From: Somniosus microcephalus
Taxonomy: Eukaryota
Direction: 5' to 3'
Length of the DNA: 64,000 nucleotides
Assembly (NCBI GenBank): GCA_052327205.1
Contig: JBMRGM010000076.1
Coordinates: 186,001-250,000 of the forward strand
Below the pieces are notes generated by a model that saw only the letters and a program-made list of their open reading frames with translations, was not told the origin of the DNA and did no database searches. Every line of letters starts with the position of its first letter. The stretch's first letter is position 1. Below are positions 38,190 to 50,059 of this stretch, piece after piece. The translations under genes were made by a program, and so were the position numbers.

Positions 38190-38510
38190 TTATCAGAGGG
38201 ATGGAGAGACAGAGAGAGACAGGCAGACAGAGATGGATAGATATAGAGAGACACAGGCCGAGAGAGAAATGCAGACAGAGACACAGACAGAGATGAGAGT
38301 GAACGCAATTAACTAAAGCATGAGGCGATCCTGTACAAGAATCAATGGGATGGAGAGAACGTTATACAGAAAGAGACATAGAGAGAGAAAAATGATAAAA
38401 TGCAGAGAGAGAGCCAGAGAGAGTGAGAGAGACAGAGAGAAAAGAGAGATATAGAAACAGAGAGAGGAGATTGAAACCAATGAACTAGAGCACGTGAGAA
38501 ACCTATAGCC
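38190..38510. repeat. (GA)-rich low-complexity tract
   Basis: GAGA/GACA runs leading into the assembly gap. Confidence 0.8.
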
Positions 38511-38755
38511 NNNNNNNNNNNNNNNNNNNNNNNNNNNNNNNNNNNNNNNNNNNNNNNNNNNNNNNNNNNNNNNNNNNNNNNNNNNNNNNNNNNNNNNNNN
38601 NNNNNNNNNNNNNNNNNNNNNNNNNNNNNNNNNNNNNNNNNNNNNNNNNNNNNNNNNNNNNNNNNNNNNNNNNNNNNNNNNNNNNNNNNNNNNNNNNNNN
38701 NNNNNNNNNNNNNNNNNNNNNNNNNNNNNNNNNNNNNNNNNNNNNNNNNNNNNNN
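38511..38755. other. Assembly gap, 245 N
   Basis: Run of n. Confidence 1.
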
Positions 38756-39528
38756 CACTAGAGTGGTTGTCAATCAGTACACCAAATAAAGGACTGATGA
38801 GAGAGAGAGAGCCCACAAGACAATAGAAACACGGAAACAGAGAACCTCGAGCAGGCAGGGTGATAAGGGAGGTAAAGTTGCAGGAGGGTTTAATAAGATC
38901 AGGACAGAGCAGCATAACCGGGAGAGACCGATTTCCAGGAAAGGTAAAAGAAGCAGAAAGACTGGGACAGCCATTTCATGTGCTTTCTCTTCACGCTCAT
39001 TTAATGGCATATGGCAGACACACACCGACATTAAAGAGTTGATGTGAAAAATAAACTTTGCTGGGCAGAGCGAATGGGATAAGAGAGTGCAGCTGGAAAG
39101 TAGCGGAATCATACTGGTAGGCTGCATGTTCTACTTCATTGTTCTGACCTCCTAGACATGCAGTAGAAGCAGTCCCTCTGCTCCATGTACAAGATCCACG
39201 ACCAAGTTACGATGCGGCTTTCGGGCAAAAAGGGAATCCGTTTCACGGAGGCAGGACTCAGGGTAAGAGCACTGGCAGACTGTCACATAGCAACCGTGGG
39301 GGCAATCAATCCCAAGATGGGAACTTTTCTATTAAACCCGCGAACATGGGGCTATGTATTTTCAATTCCGTAGTTGGTGGTGCGCGAGGAAGGTAAATGG
39401 TGCTGGATTTAATCTTCTGCAACATCAAGAAGAATGACACCCTGCCAGCGGCCGTGTGTCACATCATCCACTGCGCTGAAGGCAGTTGTCCCGTCTTACA
39501 TCTAAATGGGAATCTCTGAGACTCTGGG

Positions 39529-39743
39529 TGTTAGATCCGTGTATTTTTGATGTTGTGTGTCCTTCAAAAACTGGACACGAGACTGCAGGAACAATCAACA
39601 GGTATTTACTGGATGAGGGTTACTCTAAATCTAAACGTACAGATCCCTACTCAGGGTTTATATACAGGTGTGGTCACTGCCGGTACTACAGTATACAGGA
39701 GCTGTAAAAAAGTACTTCTCCCCTTAAAGGTACATACACTACA
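39529..39743 (-). repeat. 3' LTR
   Basis: Direct repeat of 44688-44902; abuts the PPT (AAAAGGGGAGGAAT on minus). Confidence 0.96.
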
Positions 39744-39829
39744 ATTCCTCCCCTTTTAGATTGACAGTACCCTAACATTCATTTAACAATTAACACTTTT
39801 AACATGCACATTAACTGAAAATAGTCCAC

Positions 39830-42800
39830 TTATAAATTCAGTCTTTCGGGTGGCGTCCTGATCCTTTCTGGATAGCGCCTTTCCTGAGTGTTTTGTTCTT
39901 GGTGCGGAGGCCCCTTGTCGTCAGTTGATCCATCAGCTTCCGATGCCACTGTTTCTGGGGTAGATGCTACCTGTATGTCGGGTTCATCACCAGGTGCGCG
40001 AGACATGGGGTTGACTCATTCCTGTGACTCTAGGATCTGGTCGACATGGCATCTCACAATGTTCTCCCCAACATCCACTGTGTACATTTGGTCTGAGCAT
40101 ATCCAGACGAGATCTCTTACCTTCGGTTAAAGAACATCATGGCCGGGGTCTGGTTGGTGACTGCATGTGTCGCATTTATAATAATAATAATCAACTTTAT
40201 TGTCATTGTTAGTGCACAAGTGCAGTACCACGAAATGTAGGCTCGCGGCTCCCGAGAGTGTACATTTAGATTAAGAAATTTAAACATTCAACATTCATTT
40301 GGCTTGTAATACAATAACATAAACATAACCATAATAAAGTGCATTGGCAGATCTGCAGGCTTTAGAGTTTATTTGTGGAGTTCAATAGGATGACAGCCCT
40401 GGGAAAGAAGCTGTTCCTAAATCTGATCATTTGGGTGCGAATGCATCTGTAGCGCCTCCCAGATGGCAGGAGGGCGAACAGACTGAGGCTGGGGTGGGTA
40501 GGGTCTTTGATGATGGTCCGTGACCTCTGTAAACAGCGTTTCTGGTATATATGCTCTATGGTAACAGGAAATTGTCCACCTTATGCTGCAGTGGAATGTC
40601 GTCATCGCACATGGCCCTTACTGCTTTCTTAAAGGTTTGTACGAACCTCTCAGCCAATCCATTTGTGGCTGGATGATACAGGGCGGATGTGTAATGCCTT
40701 AACCCATTCCTTTTCATGAATCTTCGAAACTCTTCGGACACAAACTGTGGTCCGTTATCAGAGCAAATCTGCTCTGGCAAGCTGTTCCTGGCAAATATGG
40801 TCCGCAGGACTGCAATAGTTTTCTCCGTGGTGGTGGACGACATTTTGATCACCTCAGGCCATTTCGAGTGCGCATCCACGGCTATTAGAAACATTGAGAC
40901 CATGAATGGACCAGCAAAATCAATATGCACCCGTTGCCATGGAGATGAGGGCCACTCCCATGGGTGTAGAGGGGCATGTGGTGGTGCATTTTGGAACTTC
41001 TGGCATCCTGAGCGGCTCTTTGTCAGGTCCTCGATTTGCTGATCGATCCCCGGCCACCACACATAAGCCCTAGCAAGGCTTTTCATTTTCACCCCTCCCA
41101 GATGGCCTTCGTGAAGCTCATTGAGCTCTCTCTCCCTTAACTTGGGTGGAATTACCACTCGGGATCCACACATCAAGGTCCCCTGGCATACTGACAGCTG
41201 TTCTCCTCTGGTTGAGAATGCTGGCAACAGTGAGCCACCATGTGTTGGCCATCCCTTCACATTCAAGTAATATACCCGAGACAGTGGAGGGTCATTTCGG
41301 GTCTCCTTCTCTATATCAGCGTTAGTTACTGGCAAGCATTCAATTATAGTCGAATGAAATATTTCGACAGTGTCCACTGCTGGTGCTTCCTCCACAGTAG
41401 GCAGTGGCAGGCATGATAGCCCATCAGCGTTTCCATGCTGTTTCGTGCCCTTATACTCGATTTCATATTGGTTCACCCCTAGAAAAAGTGACCATCTTTG
41501 TAGCCATTGCGCAGTCATCACCGGAACGCCCTTCTTTGGATTAAAGATGGAGACAAGTGGTTGGTGGTCCGTCAGCAAGGTGAACTTCTGCCCGTGCAGA
41601 TAGTGGTTGAACTTTTTCACTCCCCACACTAGGCTGAGGGCCTCCCTGTCAATCTGGGCATAGTTACGCTCGGCTGAGGTTAGTGACCAAGACGCAAAGG
41701 CTACCGGCCTCTCCGAGCCGTCCGGGAACTTGTGCGACAGCACCGCTCCAATGCCATAAGGTGATGCATCACACGCCAACCAAATGGGTAGTGCTGGGTT
41801 GAAATGAGCCAACACCTCTTTTGATGTGATCAATTCTTTGCACTTCTGGAAAGCTCGTTTACATTCGTCATTCCACTTCCATGGTACCCCCGTTTGCAGT
41901 AGCGTGTTCAGTGGGTGTAGTACTGCAGACAAATTCGGCAAGAACTTATGGTAGTAGTTCACCAGCCCGAGGAACGACCTCAGTTGTGACACGTTTTCCG
42001 TTGCTGGAGCCTTGACTACTGCCTCAATATTTTCAGGGAACTTATGTAACCCCTCTTCATCAATAACATGGCCACAATACGAGATCTGCTTCTGGAAAAA
42101 CTCGCATTTGTGGCGATTTGCTCGGAGCCCATATTCCTTCAATCTAGTGAGCACATGCTCCAGGTTGGCAAGGTGAGCACTGTCATTTTTGCCCGTGACC
42201 AGGATGTCGTCCAAATAACACTGGGTCCCTGGAATCCCTTGCAGGACTTGATCAATTGCCCTTTGCCAAATAGGCGGAGCTGATGCTACCCCGAACACCA
42301 TCCGGTTGTATTGGTAGAGACCTTTATGAGTGTTGATCATGAGGTACTGTTTCGAGGCTTCTTCTACCTCCATTTGCAGGTACGCCTGGGTCAGATCAAT
42401 CTTAGCGAAGCATTTCCCTCCAGATAGCGAGGCGAAAATATCTTCAATCCGCGGAAGCGGATATTGTACCGTGTGAAGGACTGGGTTCACTGTCACCTTA
42501 AATTCCCCACAGATGCGAACTTTCTTTGGTTCCCCAGGCGTATTACTCAACGACCTCTTCATTACAGGAATGATGGGTGTGGCCCACTCACTCCAGTCCA
42601 TTTGGACAGTACTCCTGAACGTTCCAAACCTTCCAGCTCTGCTTCGACGGCTGGGCGGATCGCATAAGGCCTTAAAAAACTTTGGGCTTGCATTTTCCTC
42701 TATTTTGATCGTCGCTGTTATGCCTTTTAGTGTTCCAAGTCCCTCCTGGAACACTTCTTGTGCATCAGTTAGCATTTTTGACAGTCGTCCAGGTGTGGCG

Positions 42801-43984
42801 TCATCTTCCTTTTTGGCATCTACAGTCAGTGCTTGTATGGAATGCCAATCTAGCTGTAACTTCCAGATCCATTCACGTCCGAGTAGTGGTGGTCCTCCGT
42901 CTGGCAATACATATAGTTCCATTTTTGGTGTTTCCTTACCGATATATACAACGTTCACCCTTATTTTTTCTTTGGGGTAGACTTTTTGCCCCGTGTACAT
43001 CTTCAAGACAATCTTTGTATCTCTCAAGGGTATATGTGAGAATAGCTGCTTGTAGTCCCTTCGGTTTATGACTGTTAGGGCTGATCCTGTGTCTAATTCC
43101 ATTTTCACTTGGACTCCAGCTATCTTGAGCGTGACCCAGATAGTTTGATGATCCTCTGTTTGGATCACCTTGTGTAGTTTCAGGCAACCCAGCTCCTTGC
43201 TTCCAGAGTCTGTATCACTTTTCTGTTCGTCTGAACTACTCTCCGTCACCTTATGTACCTTCTTGTACTTCTCCTGTGGAGATTTCTTGCTGCTGGTTTT
43301 CTTTCCCGACCTGCAGACTCTTGCTATGTGTCCTACTTTTCCACACTTTCTGCACACTTTGTCCTTAAACCAGCAATCATTGTGGTTGTGTGTTGTTCTG
43401 CCGCAGCGATAGCACTTCACTGTTCCATGTGACATTTCATTTGTGCCATAGTCTTGCAGTCTCCGTTGTATCTCTGCAGCACCCCGTGCGGCTGCTTCGT
43501 GTGATACTGCCATGCTGAAAGCCTTGCCCAGCGTAAGATCCTTTACTGATAGAAGCCATTTCTGGGTTCCTTCACTTTGAAGCCCACACACAAATTTGTC
43601 CCATTACATATCTGCTAGTCCCGTTCCAAACTGGCAGTGTTTCGATAGCTTGCGCAGTTCCGTTAAATACTCAGCATTACTTTCATCTTTATGTTGGTTC
43701 CTTTTGTGAAACTTAAATCTTTCTGCTATCAGCAGCGGTGTGGGCTTTAAGTGGTTCTGTAGGAATGACACTATGTTTCCAAAATCCTTGTCCACTGGCT
43801 TCTCTGGGGTTATTAGGTTTTGCAATAAGCCATATAATTTTGCTCCCATGGAATTCAACAATACCAGTGCTTTCCTCTCATCTGGCACTTCATTCGCCTT
43901 GCAGTACACCTCTATGCGTTCGACATATGTCATCCAATCTTCGGCTTCATTGTCGAACGCTGTGATACTGCCACTCTTCGGCAT
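39830..43984 (-). pseudogene. Gypsy gag-pol, disabled
   Basis: gag with in-frame TAA at 43604-43606; double CCHC knuckle, LDTGS, YLDD, RNase H, integrase. Compensating frameshifts at about 42600-42670, a LINE insertion in the integrase, and a C-terminus ending RRYPERIRTPPERLNL. Confidence 0.93.
40178..40562 (-). mobile_element. Rex1/Babar LINE 3' fragment inserted in the Gypsy integrase
   Basis: Minus strand IEHIYQKRCLQRSRTIIKDPTHP...LLPSGRRYRCIRT...FRNSFFPRAV, AATAAA and an (ATT)n tail. Splits VDNFLL from NATHAVTNQTPA. Confidence 0.85.
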
Positions 43985-44009
43985 CCCTGGGTGTGGTTAG
44001 ACTGGCTCA

Positions 44010-44410
44010 AAATGGTGTTTTCCCGTGCTTCCCTTCATCAACGCTGCGGCTCAAAATGTTGCTTTCCCGCGCTCTCCCTTCTTCTCCGCTGCGGCTCAAA
44101 ATGGCATTTTCCCACGCTCTCCCTTCTTCTCCGCTGTGGCTGCTCGGCCCTGGAACACCGGCTGCGCCCTGCGCGTTCCCCCTTCATGCCTCTCTCTCTT
44201 CTCCCATTGACGCCATTCGGTCCTGAACACTGGCTGCGCCCTGTGCGCTCTACCCTCTCTCTTCTCCCATCGACATCATTCAGTCCTGAAAACCGCTGCG
44301 CCCTCTGCGCTCTACCCTCTCTCTTCTCCCGTCAATGCCGCTCGTTTCTGAACACTGGCTGCGCCCTGTGCGCTCTACCCTCTCTCTTCTCCCGTCGACG
44401 CTACTCGGCC
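44010..44410. repeat. Tandem repeats in the Gypsy leader (about 43 bp x3 and about 63 bp x4)
   Basis: Recurring CGCTGCGGCTCAAAATG and CTGAACACTGGCTGCGCCCTGTGCGCTCTACCCTCTCTCTTCTCCC. Confidence 0.8.
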
Positions 44411-44675
44411 TTTTCTGTGCCGTCGGTCAGCTCTAGCCGCCACTGTCCGGGAACGGTCTGCACCATACATGTTGCCAGCCAGTTTTGCTGGACCACAGTG
44501 ACTGGAGAACCAAGCCCAGCACTCAACAGCCTCCCCTGCGATGCTCAATCTCTGCTGGATGACTGGGCGGTTGCTCGTGGTACACGCCCGTGCTTCTGGC
44601 CTCAACTTTCTTCCACTGTTCTCCAGGAGCGAATCCCTGGGAGGTAATGCAGAGTTGCAGGTAGGTTCGAGTCTG

Positions 44676-44686
44676 CCTCGTCGCCA
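44676..44686 (-). promoter_or_regulatory. Primer-binding site, tRNA-Ser(GCU)-type
   Basis: TGGCGACGAGG on minus, 1 nt from the 5' LTR; complementary to the ...CCUCGUCGCCA 3' end recalled for vertebrate tRNA-Ser(GCU). Confidence 0.8.
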
Positions 44687-44687
44687 G

Positions 44688-44902
44688 TGTTACATCCGTG
44701 TATTTCTGATGTTGTGTGTCCTTCAATAACTAGACACGAGACTGCAGGAACAATCAACAGGTATTTACTGGATGAGGGTTACTCTAAAACTAAACGTACA
44801 GATCCCTACTCAGGGTTCATATACAGGTGTGGTCACTGCCGGTACTACAGTATACAGGAGCTGTAAAAAAGTAGTTCTCCCCATAAAGGTACATACACTA
44901 CA
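44688..44902 (-). repeat. 5' LTR
   Basis: Direct repeat of 39529-39743. Confidence 0.96.
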
Positions 44903-46489
44903 CTGGGGAATGCAGTAGAGACATTACCTGTAGCCTGAAGAACCCGCCCAGTGCTCTGTACTGGAAAACGGCCCCGGTCCGCTGGATAAACTTCAGTGGA
45001 ACACTTGGATACAAGAGGCCCCGAACACGTTGTTCTGTCAAAATGCATCGACACTCTCTGCAGTCAGGTCAATAGAGTCTGTCTGTCAGGGAGAGGGTTT
45101 GGAATCCCTACCTCGACCTGTGTTTTCTTCTTGACACTGGTTTACTGGAAACATTGGTCTCTCAGTTGCCCCTCTGCCATTCTGCTCCGTGTCTCTAACA
45201 CTCCAGCACTGCAGTGTCCGGCTCCAAATGAGTCTGTTGGTGTCCTTACCTGTCACTGTTTCCCCAAATTTCTGAGGTGCCTGAATTCTTGTTTTATTCT
45301 CCCTCACTACGTTTCCTTTCTCTGTGGAGCTGTCCTAATTATCACATCACATTTAGTATTGACTGGAAAGAGTCACTGGGTTTGGAGGCTCATGTTCCGC
45401 TTTTCTTTATATTCGGGAGATTGAACAGTTGTGTGAAAGCAAGTTTCATTCACCCTGTGATTGTAAATCCCGTTTTGTTCTGTAGCCGATATATTACATT
45501 AGAGGCAGAAGGTGTCAGATGTGATATCGGGAAACACAAATGGACCTGAGCGACAGTTTAGTCTGTGTCTCCTTTTTCACCAGAACCAGTCATATAGGCC
45601 GCCAACTAATGGGGAATTGTCCGTGGATCGGCTCTCTACCCCTGTATAGTCCAGGGCGAGGAACACTCGGGGACGCGGTTAAAGTGAATAAACCAAAGAC
45701 TGAATCTCTGTTCAGAGTGAGATCATTATAGCTGCAGTACTGGGGGGAGCCACTGGAACCATTCTGGGGCCGATCACTGATATTAAACTCCAGCTTTAGT
45801 GCGTGTAAGGGACGAAGGGAATCCTACCGGGTGATTAACAATCACGGTATTTATCAGAAGGGAGAATGATTTCATATTAATGTGTTACATATAATTACCT
45901 CAATATGTTATAATTTAAAGCAACTGCTGCTCTAATGTGTGAGGTGACCTGTTGCTGCTCCGGGCCTGTCCCAATGGGGTTATCGGTCCAGCTCTAGCCC
46001 AGCTGGTGCCGACCGACAGCGGGAATGGTGACCGGCCCGATTTGGGAATCTCCCGGCTCGGAGTGTACATGGATCTCACATTCTCCTCTCTGAATCGGTG
46101 AAGTCAATTTAAAGAAGTGAGCGCCGCTACGCTACGAACCGCTCTTGGGAAAGGCATTAACTGGGATTGAATCCATCTGATTGTTGGTGTTTAGTCACTC
46201 AATCCTTTTCCGAATACTTTAGTGCTGGGTAAAGGGCTGCAGCACATCAGAAAGTGAGAGGATTCATTCTTCTTTATATGTAATAAAATGATAATATCAG
46301 TAATAACGATCAGTAAAGTTGGTCTGAGACCAAAATCATCTCTCATGGGGATTTACGTCCGTGTTTCCCTGATAGACTCCTATTTTCACTCACAAACCGG
46401 TATTCAGTGTTGAATAACAGTCCGGGTGGAATAAGCGCGGGGTCTTGGAGTCAGAAGCAAATGTGCGGCACTGTGGGAGTCTGTACTGC

Positions 46490-49400
46490 ACAGTGGGGCA
46501 CAAGAGTGTGTAGCTCTGGGGGGCTTTGGAGATTTGATAATCAGGGGAATAGACAGGCGTTTCTGCAACCACAAATATGAGTTCCCAATGGTGTATTGCC
46601 TCCCTGGTGCCGAGGTAAAATATATCATTGAACGGGTGCAGGACATTGTGCGAGGGGAAGGGGAACAGGAGAAGTTGTGGTCCATATTGGAAACAATGGC
46701 ATTGGCAGGAAAAAGGCTGAGGTCAAACAGGCAGAATTTCAGAAGATGGAAAACTATTAAAGAATAGGTCCTCAAAGGTGATCTGCTCTGAAATTCTCCC
46801 AGTGCCACGTGCCAGTGAGCGCATAAACAGGAAGACAGTGCAGGTGAATGCGTGGCTGGAGAAGTGGTGCAGGATGGAAGACTTCAGATTTCTGGGGCAT
46901 TGTGACCAGTTGTCGGGTAGAGGGGACCTGTACAGGCAGGACAGGTTGCACCTGAGCAGGGTTGGGACCAATGTCCTCATGGGGAGTTTTATTAGTGCCC
47001 TGGGCGAGGGTTTGAACTAATTTGGCCGGGGAAAGGGCCAAATGTAGCAGGATGTAGCAGCACGGAGGAGAGACCAGGTGCATAGAAACAGCAACAGAAC
47101 AAACAATAACTTATTAAGAGAAGAAAAGAAAATGAGGAAAGAAACAAAGCCGACTAGCATGGTTTTGGAATGCATGTGTGTTAGTGCAAGGACTGCTACA
47201 AATAATGTTGACGAGCTACAGGTGCAAGTTGCCACATGGGTTTATAATAAATTCACCATGATGGAAAACTGGCTTAAACATGGGCAGGAATGTGAACTAA
47301 ACATTCATGGCTACAATATAGTAAGGATGGATAGGGAAGGGGAAAATAATGGAGGGCTGGCAGATTGATCAAGGATAATATTACAGTTCTTGAAAGGGAT
47401 GGTATATTAGATAGTTAAAACACTGAATAGATTAGCCTAGAGTTACGGGACAGAAAATGAGCTGTTATATTTCTGAGGAATGAAACAGTACTGGATCTAG
47501 TTCTGGGTAACGAAGTAGAGCAAGTGCAGTGTGATTCAGAGTGAGAACATCTGGGTAATAGTGATCATAATATAATTATGTGTAACTTGTTATGAACATG
47601 GTACAAGAAAAATTAAATGTGAAAGTAATCAAATGGAAGAGAACTAAAATTTCACTGATTTGAGAAGTGATCTAGCATATGTAGATTAAAAAAATGTCCA
47701 GGAAAACAGTAAAGGGACAATGACCGGCCTTGAAGGCGGAGATGTTTCGGGCACACTACAAACATATCCCCATAAAGAGGGAAAATTGGGTATCCAAAAC
47801 TAGAGCTCCCTGGATGACAAAGGAAATAGAGATTAAAATAAAACAGAAAACTGAGGTTTATGACAAAAGGAAGATAGAGAATACAATTGATAACCAGGCA
47901 AATTAAAGAGAGTGCAGAGGGCAATTGAAAAAGGATATAAGAGCAAAGAGAGAGAATGCTAAAATATTAGCTTGTAATGTAAAAGGAACCCCCAAATCTT
48001 CTACATACGTATAAGAAGCGAAAGGATAGTTAAAGGAATTGTGAGGCCGATTAGGGGCAAATAATGAAATATTCTTGTGGAGGCAGAGGGCATGACTGAG
48101 CTACTGAATGAATACTTTGCATCTATTTTCACAAAGGAAGAGAATGATGTTAATGTCGGAGTAGAGGAGTGGGGAGTAGAGATATTGGATAAGATAAAAA
48201 AGATATAAAGGAGCTGCTAAATATGTTGGCACCACACAAAGTTAACAAGTCACCCGGTCCAGATAGGTGAATCCGAGCTTGCTAAGGGAAGCTAGGATAG
48301 AGATAACAGATGCTCTGACCACAAGCTTGCAATCTCCATGGATATTGGAGTGGTGCCAGAGGGCTGGAGGATTGTAACTGTCACACACCTGTTCAAAAAT
48401 GCGGAGAGGGAAAAACCAGGAAACTACAGGCCAGTCAGTCTAACGTCAGTGGCGGTTGGATAAAACTACTAGAGGCCATTGTCAAGCACAAAATTAATTC
48501 TCACTTGGAGAAGCATAGGTTAATAACGGAGAGCCAGCATGTATTATTTAAAGGTAATTCGTTTCTGACTAAACTGATTGAGTTCTCTGATGAAGTAACA
48601 GAGATGACTGATGAAGGTACTGCAGTACATGTTGTATCAATGGACTTTCAAAAGCCATTTAATAAAGTATCTCACAGAAGACTAATCCGAAAATAGACGC
48701 TCATTATATTAAAGGGATGATGGTAACTTGTGCAGTACATTGGCTAAGGAATAGGAGGCAGAGAGTAGTGGTGAAGGAATTTTTATCTGACTGGATAGAA
48801 TTATGAAGTGGGGTCCCCCAGGTGTCGGTATTAGGACCATTGCTTTTCTTGCAATCTATAAATGACCTGGACTTATGTGCATGGAATACAATTTCAAATA
48901 TTGCAGATGATATACATTGATGCAACGTATTATATAGTGAGTTTTATAAATGTCATAATTCATCAAGAAACTTCTCGTGAAATAATGCTGGATGGCCAGC
49001 TGATGGCGCCGTCCAAGGAGTATAAGTACTCGGGCATCGGCCCCAGCCTACCAGGGACATTTTGTAAGACAAGGAACTAGTGAAGTACAACTAGACCTCC
49101 ATGTTCTGAAACAGGTTGATTAAAGCCTTGCTTTATGCACAAACCAATTGTGTAGTGAGTTTTATTATGTCAGTGAACATTATAGCAGCAGAATTCAGAA
49201 AGACATAGACATACCGGTGAAATGGGCAGACGCATAGAACATGCAATTTAACGTGGATAAGTGTGAAATGCTGCACTTTGAGAGGAATAATATGGAGAGA
49301 CAGTATAATCTAAATGGTACTATTTTGAGGGGTGCAAGAACAGAGGGAACTGACAAATATTTGTAGATGACTGGGGAAGTTGAGAGGGTGGTAAAGAATG

Positions 49401-49635
49401 CGTATGGGATAGTTGGCTTTGTAAATATGGGTATTGAATATAAAAAACTAGTCAATAATGCTAAAACTTTACAAATCTCTGGTTTTGCCTCAGCTGGAGT
49501 ATTGGATACAATTCTGCGCACCAGACTTAAGAAAGGAGTTTCGGGTTATAGGCAAACAGCTGGGGATGTGGAACTAAATTGAACAGCTCTTTCTAAGAGC
49601 CGGCACAAGCAGAACGGGCCGAATGGCCTCCTTCT
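46490..49635 (+). mobile_element. Degenerate near-full-length CR1 with SGNH-esterase ORF1
   Basis: GD.IIRGIDRRFC...CLPGA...YRQD.LHLS..GTNVL (ORF1), then decayed endonuclease/RT and a CR1 tail. Confidence 0.88.
48918..49190 (+). mobile_element. Possible solo LTR within the CR1
   Basis: Non-CR1 insert TGATGC...GCAGCA with TATAAG and ATTAAA; no TSD seen. Confidence 0.35.
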
Positions 49636-49976
49636 GTTCTGTATGATTCTGTGATCCGGATGCGGGGTCGGTGATTCATTTTGTTTATCAGACTCACGCA
49701 GATCAACCGCAGTGGATGGAACCTGGGCTCTTTGCATCCATTAATGAGCAGGTTCCTTCTCATTGGTGTATTTTACCAGGCTGCAATTCACGGTTAACAC
49801 ATTTCAAAATCTATTGGTTATTTTGAAAGAAACATTGGTTTCTGTACAAACAGTAATCCACGAATTAAGTTCCAGCTCAGTCGGGGTGTCGGAAGGTGCT
49901 GGAGGGCCCGCTCGGTAACTGGGAAGAACATTCGGTTAATGTTCATGTCCTGTCGCTGTAACCGGCTCCGGGGACG

Positions 49977-50022
49977 ATGCTGCGGTCTTTCCTGACCATC
50001 TTTTTACTGCAGCTTCTCAACT
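49977..50022 (+). CDS. SRCR gene exon 1 (signal peptide MLRSFLTIFLLQLLN)
   Basis: ACGATG start context, hydrophobic 46-nt leader, T|GTGAGT phase-1 donor; joins in frame to 57270. Confidence 0.72.
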
Positions 50023-50059
50023 GTGAGTCATCGCTGATTATTAATATTATAATCTGCGC

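Larger units (their letters stand above)
39529..44902 (-). mobile_element. Full-length Ty3/Gypsy (Mag-like) LTR retrotransposon
   Basis: 215-bp LTRs at 39529-39743 and 44688-44902 (TG...CA, 8 mismatches); TSD CTGGG at 39524-39528 and 44903-44907; PPT at 39744-39757; PBS next to the 5' LTR. Confidence 0.97.

Noticed and set aside
38313-38915. Long ORFs across the N run
   Set aside because: Artefacts of the assembly gap and low-complexity flanks.
43991-44647. 218-aa antisense ORF in the Gypsy leader
   Set aside because: Arises from GC-rich tandem repeats; no domain motif.
44655-44686. tRNA-like GGTTCGAGTC...CCA
   Set aside because: It is the PBS region of the LTR element; no complete cloverleaf.
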